Shown here in pieces: positions 38,518 to 52,500 of a DNA stretch of 64,000 nt. Made by a program: the position numbers and the translations under genes. This DNA is from Antedon mediterranea. Lineage: Eukaryota; Animalia; Echinodermata. Numbering within the stretch: the first letter of the stretch is position 1; every line of letters begins with the position of its first letter. The stretch spans positions 13,798,912 through 13,862,911 of the forward strand of contig NC_092675.1 of assembly GCF_964355755.1 (NCBI RefSeq), written 5' to 3'. The notes under the pieces were generated by a model. That model did not search any database. It was not told the origin of the DNA and saw only the letters and a program-made list of their open reading frames with translations.

Positions 38518-40368
38518 TATTATAGATATCTGAAAAAAAATAATAATCGGTTAGCCCAAAGTAATTTCAAATTTGCTCGCGCGTCTTTTAAAAAAATGTG
38601 CAATAAAAAGTACAAAGATTACTTGGACTCTTTGGCTAAGCAAATTGTCACTAACAGTAAAAGATTCTGGAGCTGGATGAAAACTAAATACAAGTCAAAT
38701 AATCTTCCTTCTGTCATGAGTCACGATAACATTTCATTCCAGTCTAATTATGATAAAGCTACCACATTTAATTCTTATTTTCATTCTTTTTTCAGTGAGC
38801 CTTCTCCGGACGTTCCCCGGGACTATCCAGGTCTTCCTGACTATGCGGTGGATAACTTAAGTTCTCTGTCTGTGAATCAGCATTCTGTGGAAAAGGCACT
38901 TAGTAAAATTGATATCAATAAAGCTACTGGCATTGATCAGATTAGTAACGTTGTCTTAAAGGGTGCCTCCTCCTCACTCTCTTATCCGCTTTGCAAATTG
39001 TTTCAGCTATCTATTAATTCTGGGGTTTTTCCTTCATCTTGGAAACACGCTAATATTGTCCCAATTCACAAGAGTGGTCCCAAAAAACTAATCTGTAACT
39101 ATCGTCCTATTTCGTTATTGCCTACTATGTCTAAGATTTTTGAGCGCATTGTGCATGATGGTTTGTCATCACATGTTGCTAATGCTTTAAGTCCTAGGCA
39201 GCATGGTTTTGTCTCTGGGAGATCATGTCAAACCAACCTCGCACTGCTTCTTGCTACATCATACGATGCAATTAACAGCAAGAAGCAGTGCGATGTGATT
39301 TACACTGATTTCTCTAAGGCTTTTGATTCCGTTTCCCATGATTTGCTTATTTTTAAACTTTCAAAATTTGGTTTATCCGGTTCACTGTTAAGTTGGTTTA
39401 AAAGCTATTTAACTAATAGACAACAGCGTGTTGTCATTGGGGGAGAGACATCTGATTGGCTCCCTGTGTTATCGGGCGTTCCGCAGGGCTCGATCCTGGG
39501 CCCGCTTTTGTTTAATTTATTTATCAACGATCTTCCTTTAAAATTTAATCATTCCGAGTCTCTTTTATTTGCTGACGATCTGAAATTGTTTAAAGTGATT
39601 ACCACTCCACAGGATGCTTTTTCACTTCAGGAGGATCTGGATGGTCTCGTGGAATGGACGGAGAAGTGGGGGATAAAACTTAATGCTAATAAATGCAAAT
39701 ATTTATCTATAACACTTAAAAAAAGGCCTGTGCTCTTCAATTATAATCTGAGTGGACATGATCTTGAGATGGTTTATGTATGGAAAGATTTAGGTATTTT
39801 TATTGATAGTAAATTAAATTTTTGTTCACATATTAATCATGTGTTGTCAAAAGCTAATAGAATGATGGGCTTAATATGGAGAAATTGTAGGTTTATGAAC
39901 GACGGCAGGGCACTTTTATCTTTATACAAATCTATTATACGTCCTCACCTTGAATATTGTTCCGCAATTTTCAATTCAATTTCTCCATGTCAGGCCCGTC
40001 GAATCGACACTGTTCAACGGAAGTTTGTTCGATTCCTGTCTTATAACTGTGTTAATTTTGCCTTTTCCATTGATTCTGTCAGCAATCGTCGAACGATATC
40101 TGATATGGTTTTTTTATATAATATTTTAAATTCTAAATATGACTGTTCATTAATTTCACTATTTAGTTTAAATGTTCCTGGTCGTACACGAAATAGACAT
40201 TTATTGCATATTCCTTTTAGCCGTGTCGACTGTACTAAGAGGGGACTTTTTCATAGACTACCTTATACATTTAATAATCTAAATAGCAATCATATCGATA
40301 TTTTTAATGATAGACTTGGTTATTTTAAGAGGACGATGATGTGTTCACTTCTTGAACAGTCTGCATAA
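38518..40368 (+). CDS. LINE ORF2 fragment: reverse transcriptase, N-terminally truncated (first ATG at 38596, 590 aa)
   Basis: Same motifs as copy 1. The protein differs at residue 104 (N in copy 1, K in copy 2). Confidence 0.93.
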   Translation, partial: YYRYLKKNNNRLAQSNFKFARASFKKMCNKKYKDYLDSLAKQIVTNSKRFWSWMKTKYKSNNLPSVMSHDNISFQSNYDKATTFNSYFHSFFSEPSPDVPRDYPGLPDYAVDNLSSLSVNQHSVEKALSKIDINKATGIDQISNVVLKGASSSLSYPLCKLFQLSINSGVFPSSWKHANIVPIHKSGPKKLICNYRPISLLPTMSKIFERIVHDGLSSHVANALSPRQHGFVSGRSCQTNLALLLATSYDAINSKKQCDVIYTDFSKAFDSVSHDLLIFKLSKFGLSGSLLSWFKSYLTNRQQRVVIGGETSDWLPVLSGVPQGSILGPLLFNLFINDLPLKFNHSESLLFADDLKLFKVITTPQDAFSLQEDLDGLVEWTEKWGIKLNANKCKYLSITLKKRPVLFNYNLSGHDLEMVYVWKDLGIFIDSKLNFCSHINHVLSKANRMMGLIWRNCRFMNDGRALLSLYKSIIRPHLEYCSAIFNSISPCQARRIDTVQRKFVRFLSYNCVNFAFSIDSVSNRRTISDMVFLYNILNSKYDCSLISLFSLNVPGRTRNRHLLHIPFSRVDCTKRGLFHRLPYTFNNLNSNHIDIFNDRLGYFKRTMMCSLLEQSA

Positions 40369-40413
40369 CCTGTTTTAATTGAAATTTTTTATGGCATGCC
40401 AATCTGTGTTTTT

Positions 40414-40429
40414 TATATATATATATATA
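40414..40429. repeat. (TA)8 microsatellite in the LINE 3' UTR, copy 2
   Basis: Read directly from the sequence. Confidence 0.9.
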
Positions 40430-40483
40430 TTTTATCTGTATTTTATTGTTAACCGTTTTTGCTGTTGTATTGTTTTATGTTTC

Positions 40484-40519
40484 AAACCTGTTAGTGGCGG
40501 TATTTATCGCTGTTGGTTT
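40484..40519 (+). other. Putative LINE 3' stem-loop, copy 2
   Basis: Identical to 5859-5894. Confidence 0.6.
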
Positions 40520-40525
40520 TGATTG

Positions 40526-40555
40526 AATAAAATAAAAATAAAATAAAAATAAAAT
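40526..40555 (+). repeat. LINE 3' tail (AAAAT/AAAAAT), copy 2
   Basis: Identical to 5901-5930. Confidence 0.9.
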
Positions 40556-40562
40556 AAAATAG
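40556..40562 (+). repeat. 3' TSD AAAATAG of LINE copy 2
   Basis: aaaatag-cttaatatcg resumes the C monomer. Confidence 0.85.
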
Positions 40563-43500
40563 CTTAATATCGTATTTATAAATGTTTTAGACCATTTTGA
40601 GCATTTCGACAAAACTTTTTCACACAAAACACCAAAGTTCTTAGAATAGCTTCAAATCGCATTTGGAGACGTTTTTTATACCATTTTGTGATTTCGATGA
40701 AACTTGATTACACAAAAACATCAAAGTTCTTAAAATCACATTATAAACCGTTTTAGACCATTTTGAGCATTTCGATAACACTTTTCACACAAAAACATCA
40801 AAGAGCACAAAATAGCTTAATATCGTATTTAAAAACGTTTTAGACCATTTTGAGCATTTAGACAAAACTTTTTCACACAAAACACCAAAGTGCTTAGAAT
40901 AGCTTCAAATCGCATTTGGAGACGTTTTAGAACATTTTGTGTTTTTCGAAAAAAACTGTTAACATAAAAACACCAAAGTGCTTAGAATAGCTTCAAATCG
41001 CATTTGGAGACGTTTTAGAACATTTTGTGTTCTTCGAAAAAACCTGTTAACATAAAAACACCAAAGTGCTTAGAATAGCTTCAAATCGCATTTGGAGACG
41101 TTTTAGACCATTTTGTGATTTTTGAAAAAACTTGTTAACATAAAAACACCAAAGTGCTTAGAATAGCTTCAAATCACATTTGGAGACGTTTTAGACCATT
41201 TTGTGATTTTCGAAAAAAATTGTTAACATAAAAACACGAAAGTGCTTAGAATAGCTTCAAATCGCATTTGGAAACGTTTTAGACCATTTTGTGATTTTCG
41301 AAAAAGATTGTTAACATAAAAACACCAAAGTGCTTAGAAAAGCTTCAAATCGCATTTGGAGACGTTTTAGACCATTTTGTGCATTTCGATGAAACTTGGT
41401 TACACAAAAACATCAAAGTGCTTAAAATCACATTATAAACCATTTTAGACCATTTTGAGCATTTCGATAACACTTTTCACACAAAAACATCAAAGAGCAC
41501 AAAATAGCTTAATATCTTATTTAAAAACGTTTTAGACCATTTTGAGCATTTCGACAAAACTTTTTCACACAAAACACCAAAGTGCTTAGAATAGCTTCAA
41601 ATCGCATTTGGAGACGTTTTAGACCATTTTGTGATTTTCGAAAAAACTTGTTAACATAAAAACATCAAAGTGTACAGAATAACTTCAAATCGCATTTGGA
41701 GACCGTTTTAGGCCAATTTGTGATTTCCGAAAAAACTTGTTAACCTAAAAATACCAAAGTGTTTAGAATAGCTTCAAATCGCATTTGGAGACGTTTTAGA
41801 CCATTTTGTGATTTTCGAAAAAACTTGTTAACATAAAAACACCAAAGTGCTTCAAATCGCATTTGGAGACATTTTAGACCAATTTGTGATTTTTGAAAAA
41901 ACTTGTTAACATAAAAACACCAAAGTGCTTACAATAGCTTCAAATCGTATTTGGAGACGTTTTAGACCATTTTGTGATTTTCGAAAAAACTTGTTAACAT
42001 AAAAACACCAAAGTACTTAGAATAGCTTCAAATCGCATTTGGAGACGTTTTAGACCATTTTATGCTTTTCGATGAAACTTGGTTACACAAAAACATCAAA
42101 GTGCTTAAAATCACATTATAATCCGTTTTAGACCATTTTGAGCATTTCGATAACACTTTTCACACAAAAACATCAAAGAGCACAAAATAGCTTAATATCG
42201 TATTTAAAAACGTTTTAGACCATTTTGAGCATTTCGACAAAACTTTTTCACACAAAACACCAAAGTGCTTAGAATAGCTTCAAATCGCATTTGGAGACGT
42301 TTTAGACCATTTTGTGATTTTCGAAAAAAATTGTTAACATAAAAACATCAAAGTGTACAGAATAGCTTCAAATCGCATTTGGAGACCGTTTTAGGCCAAT
42401 TTGTGATTTTCGAAAAAACTTGTTAACCTAAAAATACCAAAGTGTTTAGAATAGCTTCAAATCGCATTTGGAGACGTTTTAGACCATTTTGTGATTTTCG
42501 AAAAAACTTGTTAACATAAAAACACCAAAGTGCTTAGAATAGCTTCAAATCGCATTTGGAGACATTTTAGACCAATTTGTGATTTTCGAAAAAACTTGTC
42601 AACATAAAAACATCAAAGTGCTTAAAATCACATTATAATCCGTTTTAGACCATTTTGAGCATTTCGATAACACTTTTCACACAAAAACATCAAAGAGCAC
42701 AAAATAGCTTAATATCGTATTTAAAAACGTTTTAACCATTTTGAGCATTTCGACAAAACTTTTTCACACAAAACACCAAAGTGCTTAGAATAGCTTCAAA
42801 TCGCATTTGGAGACGTTTTAGACCATTTTGTGATTTTCGAAAAAAATTGTTAACATAAAAACATCAAAGTGTACATAATAGCTTCAAATCGCATTTGGAG
42901 ACCGTTTTAGGCCAATTTGTGATTTTCGAAAAAACTTGTTAACCTAAAAATACCAAAGTGTTTAGAATAGCTTCAAATCGCATTTGGAGACGTTTTAGAC
43001 CATTTTGTGATTTTCGAAAAAACTTGTTAACATAAAAACACCAAAGTGCTTAGAATAGCTTCAAATCGCATATGGAGACATTTTAGACCAATTTGTGATT
43101 TTCGAAAAAACTTGTCAACATAAAAACACCAAAGGGTTTAGAATATCTTCAAATCGCATTTGGAGACGTTTTAGACCATTTTGTGATTTTCGAAAAAACT
43201 TGTTAACATAAAAACACCAAAGTGCTTAGAATAGCTTCAAATCGCATTTGGAGACGTTTTAGACCAATTTGTGATTTTCGAAAAAACTTATCAACATAAA
43301 AACACCAAAGGGTTTAGAATAGCTTCAAATCGCATTTGGAGACGTTTTAGACCATTTTGTGATTTTGAAAAAACTTGTTAACATAAAAACACCAAAGTGC
43401 TTAGAATAGCTTCAAATCGCATTTGGAGACGTTTTAGACCATTTTGTGATTTTCGAAAAAACTTGTTAACATAAAAACACCAAAGTGCTTAGAATAGCTT

Positions 43501-46500
43501 CAAATCGTATTTGGAGACGTTTTAGACCATTTTGAGATTTTCGAAAAAACTTGGTTACACAAAAACATCAAAGTGCTTAAAATCACATTATAAACCGTTT
43601 TAGACCATTTTGAGCATTTCGATAACACTTTTCACACAAAAACATCAAAGAGCACAAAATAGCTTAATATCGTATTTAAAAACGTTTTAGACCATTTTGA
43701 GCATTTCGACAAAACTTTTTCACACAAAACACCAAAGTGCTTAGAATAGCTTCAAATTGCATTTGGAGACGTTTTAGACCAATTTGTGCATTTCGATGAA
43801 ACTTGATTACACAAAAACATCAAAGTGCTTAAAATTACATCATAAACCGTTTTAGACCATTTTGAGCATTTCGATAACACTTTTCACACAAAAACATGAA
43901 AGAGCACAAAATAGCTTAATATCGTATTTAAAAACGTTTTAGACCATTTTGAGCATTTCGACAAAACTTTTTTACACAAAACACCAAAGTGCTTAGAATA
44001 GCTTCAAATCGCATTTGGAGACGTTTTAGACCAATTTGTGCATTTCGATGAAACTTGATTACACAAAAACATCAAAGTGCTTAAAATCACATTATAAACC
44101 GTTTTAGACCATTTTGAGCATTTCGATAACACTTTTCACACAAAAACATCAAAGAGCACAAAATAGCTTAATATCGTATTTAAAAACGTTTTAGACCATT
44201 TTGAGCATTTAGACAAAACTTTTTCACACAAAACACCAAAGTGCTTAGAATAGCTTCAAATCGCATTTGGAGACGTTTTAGACCATTTTGTGCATTTCGA
44301 TGAAACTTGGTTACACAAAAACATCAAAGTGCTTAAAATCACATTATAAATCGTTTTAGACCATTTTGAGCATTTCGACAAAACTTTTTCACACAAAATA
44401 CCAAAGTGCTTAGAATAGCTTCAAATCGCATTTCGAGACGTTTTAGACCATTTTGTGATTTTCGAAAAACTTTTTAACATAAAAACACCAAAGTGCTTAG
44501 AATAGCTTCAAATCACATTTGGAGACATTTTAGACCATTTTGTGATTTTCGAAAAAACTTGTTAACATAAAAACACGAAAGTGCTTAGAATAGCTTCAAA
44601 TCGCATTTGGAAACGTTTTAGACCATTTTGTGATTTTCGAAAAAAATTGTTAACATAAAAACACCAAAGTGCTTAGAATCACATTATAAACCGTTTTAGA
44701 CCATTTTGAGCATTTCGATAACAATTTTCACACAAAAACATCAAAGAGCACAAAATAGCTTAATATCGTATTTAAAAATGTTTTAGACCATTTTGAGCAT
44801 TTAGATAAAACTTTTTCACACAAAACACCAAAGTGCTTAGAATAGCTTCAAATCGCATTTGGAGACGTTTTAGACCATTTTGTGATTTTTGAAAAAACTT
44901 GTTAACATAAAAACACCAAAGTGCTTAGAATAGCTTCAAATCACATTTGGAGACGTTTTAGACCATTTTGTGATTTTTGAAAAAACTTGTTAACATAAAA
45001 ACACGAAAGTGCTTAGAATAGCTTCAAATCGCATTTGGAAACGTTTTAGACCATTTTGTGATTTTCGAAAAAGATTGTTAACATAAAAACACCAAAGTGC
45101 TTAGAATCACATTATAAACCGTTTTAGACCATTTTGAGCATTTCGATAACAATTTTCACACAAAAACATCAAAGAGCACAAAATAGCTTAATATCGTATT
45201 TAAAAATGTTTTAGACCATTTTGAGCATTTAGATAAAACTTTTTCACACAAAACACCAAAGTGCTTAGAATAGCTTTAAATCGCATTTGGAGACGGTTTA
45301 GACCATTTTGTGATTTTGAAAAAACTTGTTAACATAAAAACACCAAAGTGCTTAGAATAGCTTCAAATCGCATTTGGAGACGTTTTAGACCATTTTGTGA
45401 TTTTCGAAAAAACTTGTTAACATAAAAACACCAAAGTGCTTAGAATAGCTTCAAATCGTATTTGGAGACGTTTTAGACCATTTTGAGATTTTCGAAAAAA
45501 CTTGGTTACACAAAAACATCAAAATGCTTAAAATCACATTATAAACCGTTTTAGACCATTTTGAGCATTTCGATAACACTTTTCACACAAAAACATCAAA
45601 GAGCACAAAATAGCTTAATATCGTATTTAAAAACGTTTTAGACCATTTTGAGCATTTCGACAAAACTTTTTCACACAAAACACCAAAGTGCTTAGAATAG
45701 CTTCAAATCGCATTTGGAGACGTTTTAGACCAATTTGTGCATTTCGATGAAACTTGATTACACAAAAACATCAAAGTGCTTAAAATCACATTATAAACCG
45801 TTTTAGACCATTTTGAGCATTTCGATAACACTTTTCACACAAAAACATCAAAGAGCACAAAATAGCTTAATATCGTATTTAAAAACGTTTTAGACCATTT
45901 TGAGCATTTAGACAAAACTTTTTCACACAAAACACCAAAGTGCTTAGAATAGCTTCAAATCGCATTTGGAGACGTTTTAGACCATTTTGTGCATTTCGAT
46001 GGAACTTGGTTACACAAAAACATCAAAGTGCTTAAAATCACATTATAAATCGTTTTAGACCATTTTGAGAATTTCGACAAAACTTTTTCACACAAAATAC
46101 AAAAGTGCTTAGAATAGCTTCAAATCGTATTTGGAGACGTTTTAGACCTTTTTGTGCATTTCGATGGAACTTGGTTACACAAAAACATCAAAGTGCTTAA
46201 AATCACATTATAAATCGTTTTAGACCATTTTGAGAATTTCGACAAAACTTTTTCACACAAAATACAAAAGTGCTTAGAATAGCTTCAAATCGCATTTGGA
46301 GACGTTTTAGACCATTTTGTGATTTTCGAAAAAACTTGTTAACATAAAAACACGAAAGTGCTTAGAATAGCTTCAAATCGCATTTAGAAACGTTTTAGAC
46401 CATTTTGTGATTTTCGAAAAAAATTGTTAACATAAAAACACCAAAGTGCTTAGAATCACATTATAAACCGTTTTAGACCATTTTGAGCATTTCGATAACA

Positions 46501-49500
46501 ATTTTCACACAAAAACATCAAAGAGCACAAAATAGCTTAATATCGTATTTAAAAATGTTTTAGACCATTTTGAGCATTTAGATAAAACTTTTTCACACAA
46601 AACACCAAAGTGCTTAGAATAGCTTCAAATCGCATTTGGAGACGTTTTAGACCAATTTGTGATTTTTGAAAAAACTTGTTAACACAAAAACATCAAAGTG
46701 CTTAGAATAGCTTCAAATCGCATTTGAAGACGTTTTAGACCATTTTCTGATTTTTGAAAAAACTTGTTAACATAAAAACACCAAAGTGCTTAGAATAGCT
46801 TCAAATCACATTTGGAGACGTTTTAGACCATTTTGTGATTTTCGAAAAAACTTGTTAACATAAAAACACGAAAGTGCTTAGAATAGCTTCAAATCGCATT
46901 TGGAAACGTTTTAGACCATTTTGTGATTTTCGAAAAAACTTGTTAACATAAAAACACGAAAGTGCTTAGAATAGCTTCAAATCGCATTTGGAAACGTTTT
47001 AGACCATTTTGTGATTTTCGAAAAAAATTGTTAACATAAAAACACCAAAGTGTTTAGAATAGCTTCAAATCGCATTTGGAGACGTTTTAGACCAATTTGT
47101 GATTTTCGAAAAAACTTATCAACATAAAAACACCAAAGGGTTTAGAATAGCTTCAAATCGCATTTGGAGACGTTTTAGACCATTTTGTGATTTTCGAAAA
47201 AACTTGTTAACATAAAAACACCAAAGTGCTTAGAATAGCTTCAAATCGTATTTGGAGACGTTTTAGACCATTTTGAGATTTTCGAAAAAACTTGGTTACA
47301 CAAAAACATCAAAGTGCTTAAAATCACATTATAAACCGTTTTAGACCATTTTGAACATTTCGATAACACTTTTCACACAAAAACATCAAAGAGCACAAAA
47401 AAGCTTAATATCGTATTTAAAACGTTTTAGACCATTTTGAGCATTTCGACAAAACTTTTTCACACAAAACACCAAAGTGCTTAGAATAGCTTCAAATCGC
47501 ATTTGGAGACGTTTTAGACCAATTTGTGCATTTCGATGAAACTTGATTACACAAAAACATCAACGTGCTTAAAATCACATTATAAACCGTTTTAGACCAT
47601 TTTGAGCATTTCGATAACACTTTTCACACAAAAACATCAAAGAGCACAAAATAGCTTAATATCGTATTTAAAAACGTTTTAGACCATTTTGAGCATTTGG
47701 ACAAAACTTTTTCACACAAAACACCAAAGTGCTTAGAATAGCTTCAAATAACATTTGGAGACGTTTTAGACCATTTTGTGCATTTCGATGAAACTTGGTT
47801 ACACAAAAACATCAAAGTGCTTAAAATCACATTATAAATCGTTTTAGACCATTTTGAGCATTTCGACAAAACTTTTTCACACAAAATATCAAAGGGCTTA
47901 GAATAGCTTCAAATCGCATTTGGAGACGTTTTAGACCATTTTGTGATTTTCGAAAAAACTTTTTAACATAAAAACACCAAAGTGCTTAGAATAGCTTCAA
48001 ATCACATTTGGAGACGTTTTAGACCATTTTGTGATTTTCGAAAAAACTTGTTAACATAAAAACACGAAAGTGCTTAGAATAGCTTCAAATCGCATTTGGA
48101 AACGTTTTAGACCATTTTGTGATTTTCGAAAAAAATTGTTAACATAAAAACACCAAAGTGCTTAGAATCACATTATAAACCGTTTTAGACCATTTTGAGC
48201 ATTTCGATAACAATTTTCACACAAAAACATCAAAGAGCACAAAATAGCTTAATATCGTATTTAAAAATGTTTTAGACCATTTTGAGCATTTAGAAAAAAC
48301 TTTTTCACACAAAACACCAAAGTGCTTAGAATAGCTTCAAATCGCATTTGGAGACGTTTTAGACCATTTTGTGATTTTTGAAAAAACTTGTTAACATAAA
48401 AACACCAAAGTGCTTAGAATAGCTTCAAATCACATTTGGAGACGTTTTAGACCATTTTGTGATTTTCGAAAAAACTTGTTAACATAAAAACACGAAAGTG
48501 CTTAGAATAGCTTCAAATCGCATTTGGAAACGTTTTAGACCATTTTGTGATTTTCGAAAAAACTTGTTAACATAAAAACACGAAAGTGCTTAGAATAGCT
48601 TCAAATCGCATTTGGAAACGTTTTAGACCATTTTGTGATTTTCGAAAAAAATTGTTAACATAAAAACACCAAAGTGTTTAGAATAGCTTCAAATCGCATT
48701 TGGAGACGTTTTAGACCAATTTGTGATTTTCGAAAAAACTTATCAACATAAAAACACCAAAGGGTTTAGAATAGCTTCAAATCGCATTTGGAAACGTTTT
48801 AGACCATTTTGTGATTTTGAAAAAACTTGTTAACATAAAAACACCAAAGTGCTTAGAATAGCTTCAAATCGCATTTGGAGACGTTTTAGACCAATTTGTG
48901 CATTTCGATGAAACTTGATTACACAAAAACATCAACGTGCTTAAAATCACATTATAAACCGTTTTAGACCATTTTGAGCATTTCGATAACACTTTTCACA
49001 CAAAAACATCAAAGAGCACAAAATAGCTTAATATCGTATTTAAAAACGTTTTAGACCATTTTTAGCATTTGGACAAAACTTTTTCACACAAAACACCAAA
49101 GTGCTTAGAATAGCTTCAAATAACATTTGGAGACGTTTTAGACCATTTTGTGCATTTCGATGAAACTTGGTTACACAAAAACATCAAAGTGCTTAAAATC
49201 ACATTATAAATCGTTTTAGACCATTTTGAGCATTTCGACAAAACTTTTTCACACAAAATATCAAAGGGCTTAGAATAGCTTCAAATCGCATTTGGAGACG
49301 TTTTAGACCATTTTGTGATTTTCGAAAAAACTTTTTAACATAAAAACACCAAAGTGCTTAGAATAGCTTCAAATCACATTTGGAGACGTTTTAGACCATT
49401 TTGTGATTTTCGAAAAAACTTGTTAACATAAAAACACGAAAGTGCTTAGAATAGCTTCAAATCGCATTTGGAAACGTTTTAGACCATTTTGTGATTTTCG

Positions 49501-52500
49501 AAAAAAATTGTTAACATAAAAACACCAAAGTGCTTAGAATCACATTATAAACCGTTTTAGACCATTTTGAGCATTTCGATAACAATTTTCACACAAAAAC
49601 ATCAAAGAGCACAAAATAGCTTAATATCGTATTTAAAAATGTTTTAGACCATTTTGAGCATTTAGATAAAACTTTTTCACACAAAACACCAAAGTGCTTA
49701 GAATAGCTTCAAATCGCATTTGGAGACGTTTTAGACCATTTTGTGATTTTTGAAAAAACTTGTTAACATAAAAACACCAAAAGTGCTTAGAATAGCTTCA
49801 AATCACATTTGGAGACGTTTTAGACCATTTTGTGATTTTCGAAAAAACTTGTTAACATAAAAACACGAAAGTGCTTAGAATAGCTTCAAATCGCATTTGG
49901 AAACGTTTTAGACCATTTTGTGATTTTCGAAAAAACTTGTTAACATAAAAACACGAAAGTGCTTAGAATAGCTTCAAATCGCATTTGGAAACGTTTTAGA
50001 CCATTTTGTGATTTTCGAAAAAAATTGTTAACATAAAAACACCAAAGTGTTTAGAATAGCTTCAAATCGCATTTGGAGACGTTTTAGACCAATTTGTGAT
50101 TTTCGAAAAAACTTATCAACATAAAAACACCAAAGGGTTTAGAATAGCTTCAAATCGCATTTGGAAACGTTTTAGACAATTTTGTGATTTTGAAAAAACT
50201 TGTTAACATAAAAACACCAAAGTGCTTAGAATAGCTTCAAATCGCATTTGGAGACGTTTTAGACCATTTTGTGATTTTCGAAAAAACTTGTTAACATAAA
50301 AACACCAAAGTGCTTAGAATAGCTTCAAATCGTATTTGGAGACGTTTTAGACCATTTTGAGATTTTCGAAAAAACTTGGTTACACAAAAACATCAAAGTG
50401 CTTAAAATCACATTATAAACCGTTTTAGACCATTTTGAGCATTTCGATAACACTTTTGACACAAAAACATCAAAGAGCACAAAATAGCTTAATATCGTAT
50501 TTAAAAACGTTTTAGACCATTTTGAGCATTTCGACAAAACTTTTTCACACAAAACACCAAAGTGCTTAGAATAGCTTCAAATCGCATTTGGAGACGTTTT
50601 AGACCAATTTGTGCATTTCGATGAAACTTGATTACACAAAAACATCAAAGTGCTTAAAATCACATCATAAACCGTTTTAGACCATTTTGAGCATTTCGAT
50701 AACACTTTTCACACAAAAACATCAAAGAGCACAAAATAGCTTAATATCGTATTTAAAAACGTTTTAGACCATTTTGAGCATTTCGACAAAACTTTTTCAC
50801 ACAAAACACCAAAGTGCTTAGAATAGCTTCAAATCGCATTTGGAGACGTTTTAGACCAATTTGTGCATTTCGATGAAACTTGATTACACAAAAACATCAA
50901 AGTGCTTAAAATCACATTATAAACCGTTTTAGACCATTTTGAGCATTTCGATAACACTTTTCACACAAAAACATCAAAGAGCACAAAATAGCTTAATATC
51001 GTATTTAAAAACGTTTTAGACCATTTTGAGCATTTAGACAAAACTTTTTCACACAAAACACCAAAGTGCTTAGAATAGCTTCAAATCGCATTTGGAGACG
51101 TTTTAGACCATTTTGTGATTTTTGAAAAAACTTGTTAACATAAAAACACCAAAGTGCTTAGAATAGCTTCAAATCACATTTGGAGACGTTTTAGACCATT
51201 TTGTGATTTTCGAAAAAACTTGTTAACATAAAAACACGAAAGTGCTTAGAATAGCTTCAAATCGCATTTGGAAACGTTTTAGACCATTTTGTGATTTTCG
51301 AAAAAACTTGTTAACATAAAAACACGAAAGTGCTTAGAATCACATTATAAACCGTTTTAGACCATTTTGAGCATTTCGATAACAATTTTCACACAAAAAC
51401 ATCAAAGAGCACAAAATAGCTTAATATCGTATTTAAAAATGTTTTAGACCATTTTGAGCATTTAGATAAAACTTTTTCACACAAAACACCAAAGTGTTTA
51501 GAATAGCTTCAAATCGCATTTGGAGACGTTTTAGACCATTTTGTGATTTTTGAAAAAACTTGTTAACATAAAAACACCAAAGTGCTTAGAATAGCTTCAA
51601 ATCACATTTGGAGATGTTTTAGACCATTTTGTGATTTTTGAAAAAACTTGTTAACATAAAAACACGAAAGTGCTTAGAATAGCTTCAAATCACATTTGGA
51701 GACGTTTTAGACCATTTTGTGATTTTTGAAAAAACTTGTTAACATAAAAACACGAAAGTGCTTAGAATAGCTTCAAATCGCATTTGGAAACGTTTTAGAC
51801 CATTTTGCGATTTTCGAAAAAGATTGTTAACATAAAAACACCAATGTGCTTAGAATCACATTATAAACCGTTTTAGACCATTTTGAGCATTTCGATAACA
51901 ATTTTCACACAAAAACATCAAAGAGCACAAAATAACTTAATATCGTATTTATAAATGTTTTAGACCATTTTGAGCATTTCGACAAAACTTTTTCACACAA
52001 AACACCAAAGTGCTTAGAATAGCTTCAAATCGCATTTGGAGACGTTTTAGACCATTTTGTGATTTCGATGAAACTTGATTACACAAAAACATCAAAGTGC
52101 TTAAAATCACATTATAAACCGTTTTAGACCATTTTGAGCATTTCGATAACACTTTTCACACAAAAACATCAAAGAGCAAAAAATAGCTTATTATCGTATT
52201 TAAAAACGTTTTAGACCATTTTGAGCATTTAGACAAAACTTTTTCACACAAAACACCAAAGTGCTTAGAATAGCTTCAAATCGCATTTGGAGACGTTTTA
52301 GAACATTTTGTGTTTTTCGAAAAAAACTGTTAACATAAAAACACCAAAGTGCTTAGAATAGCTTCAAATCGCATTTGGAGACGTTTTAGAACATTTTGTG
52401 TTCTTCGAAAAAACTTGTTACCATAAAAACACCAAAGTGCTTAGAATAGCTTCAAATCGCATTTGGAGACGTTTTAGACCATTTTGTGATTTTTGAAAAA

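Larger units (their letters stand above)
38518..40555 (+). mobile_element. 5'-truncated LINE (CR1/L2-like), copy 2, 2038 bp
   Basis: Same truncation point, tail and TSD as copy 1. One substitution was seen (C4282 versus A38907). Confidence 0.95.

Noticed and set aside
38518-40555. Second independent, site-specific LINE insertion
   Set aside because: The identical truncation point, tail length, TSD and tens of kb of flanking variants show it was copied by DNA-level duplication.
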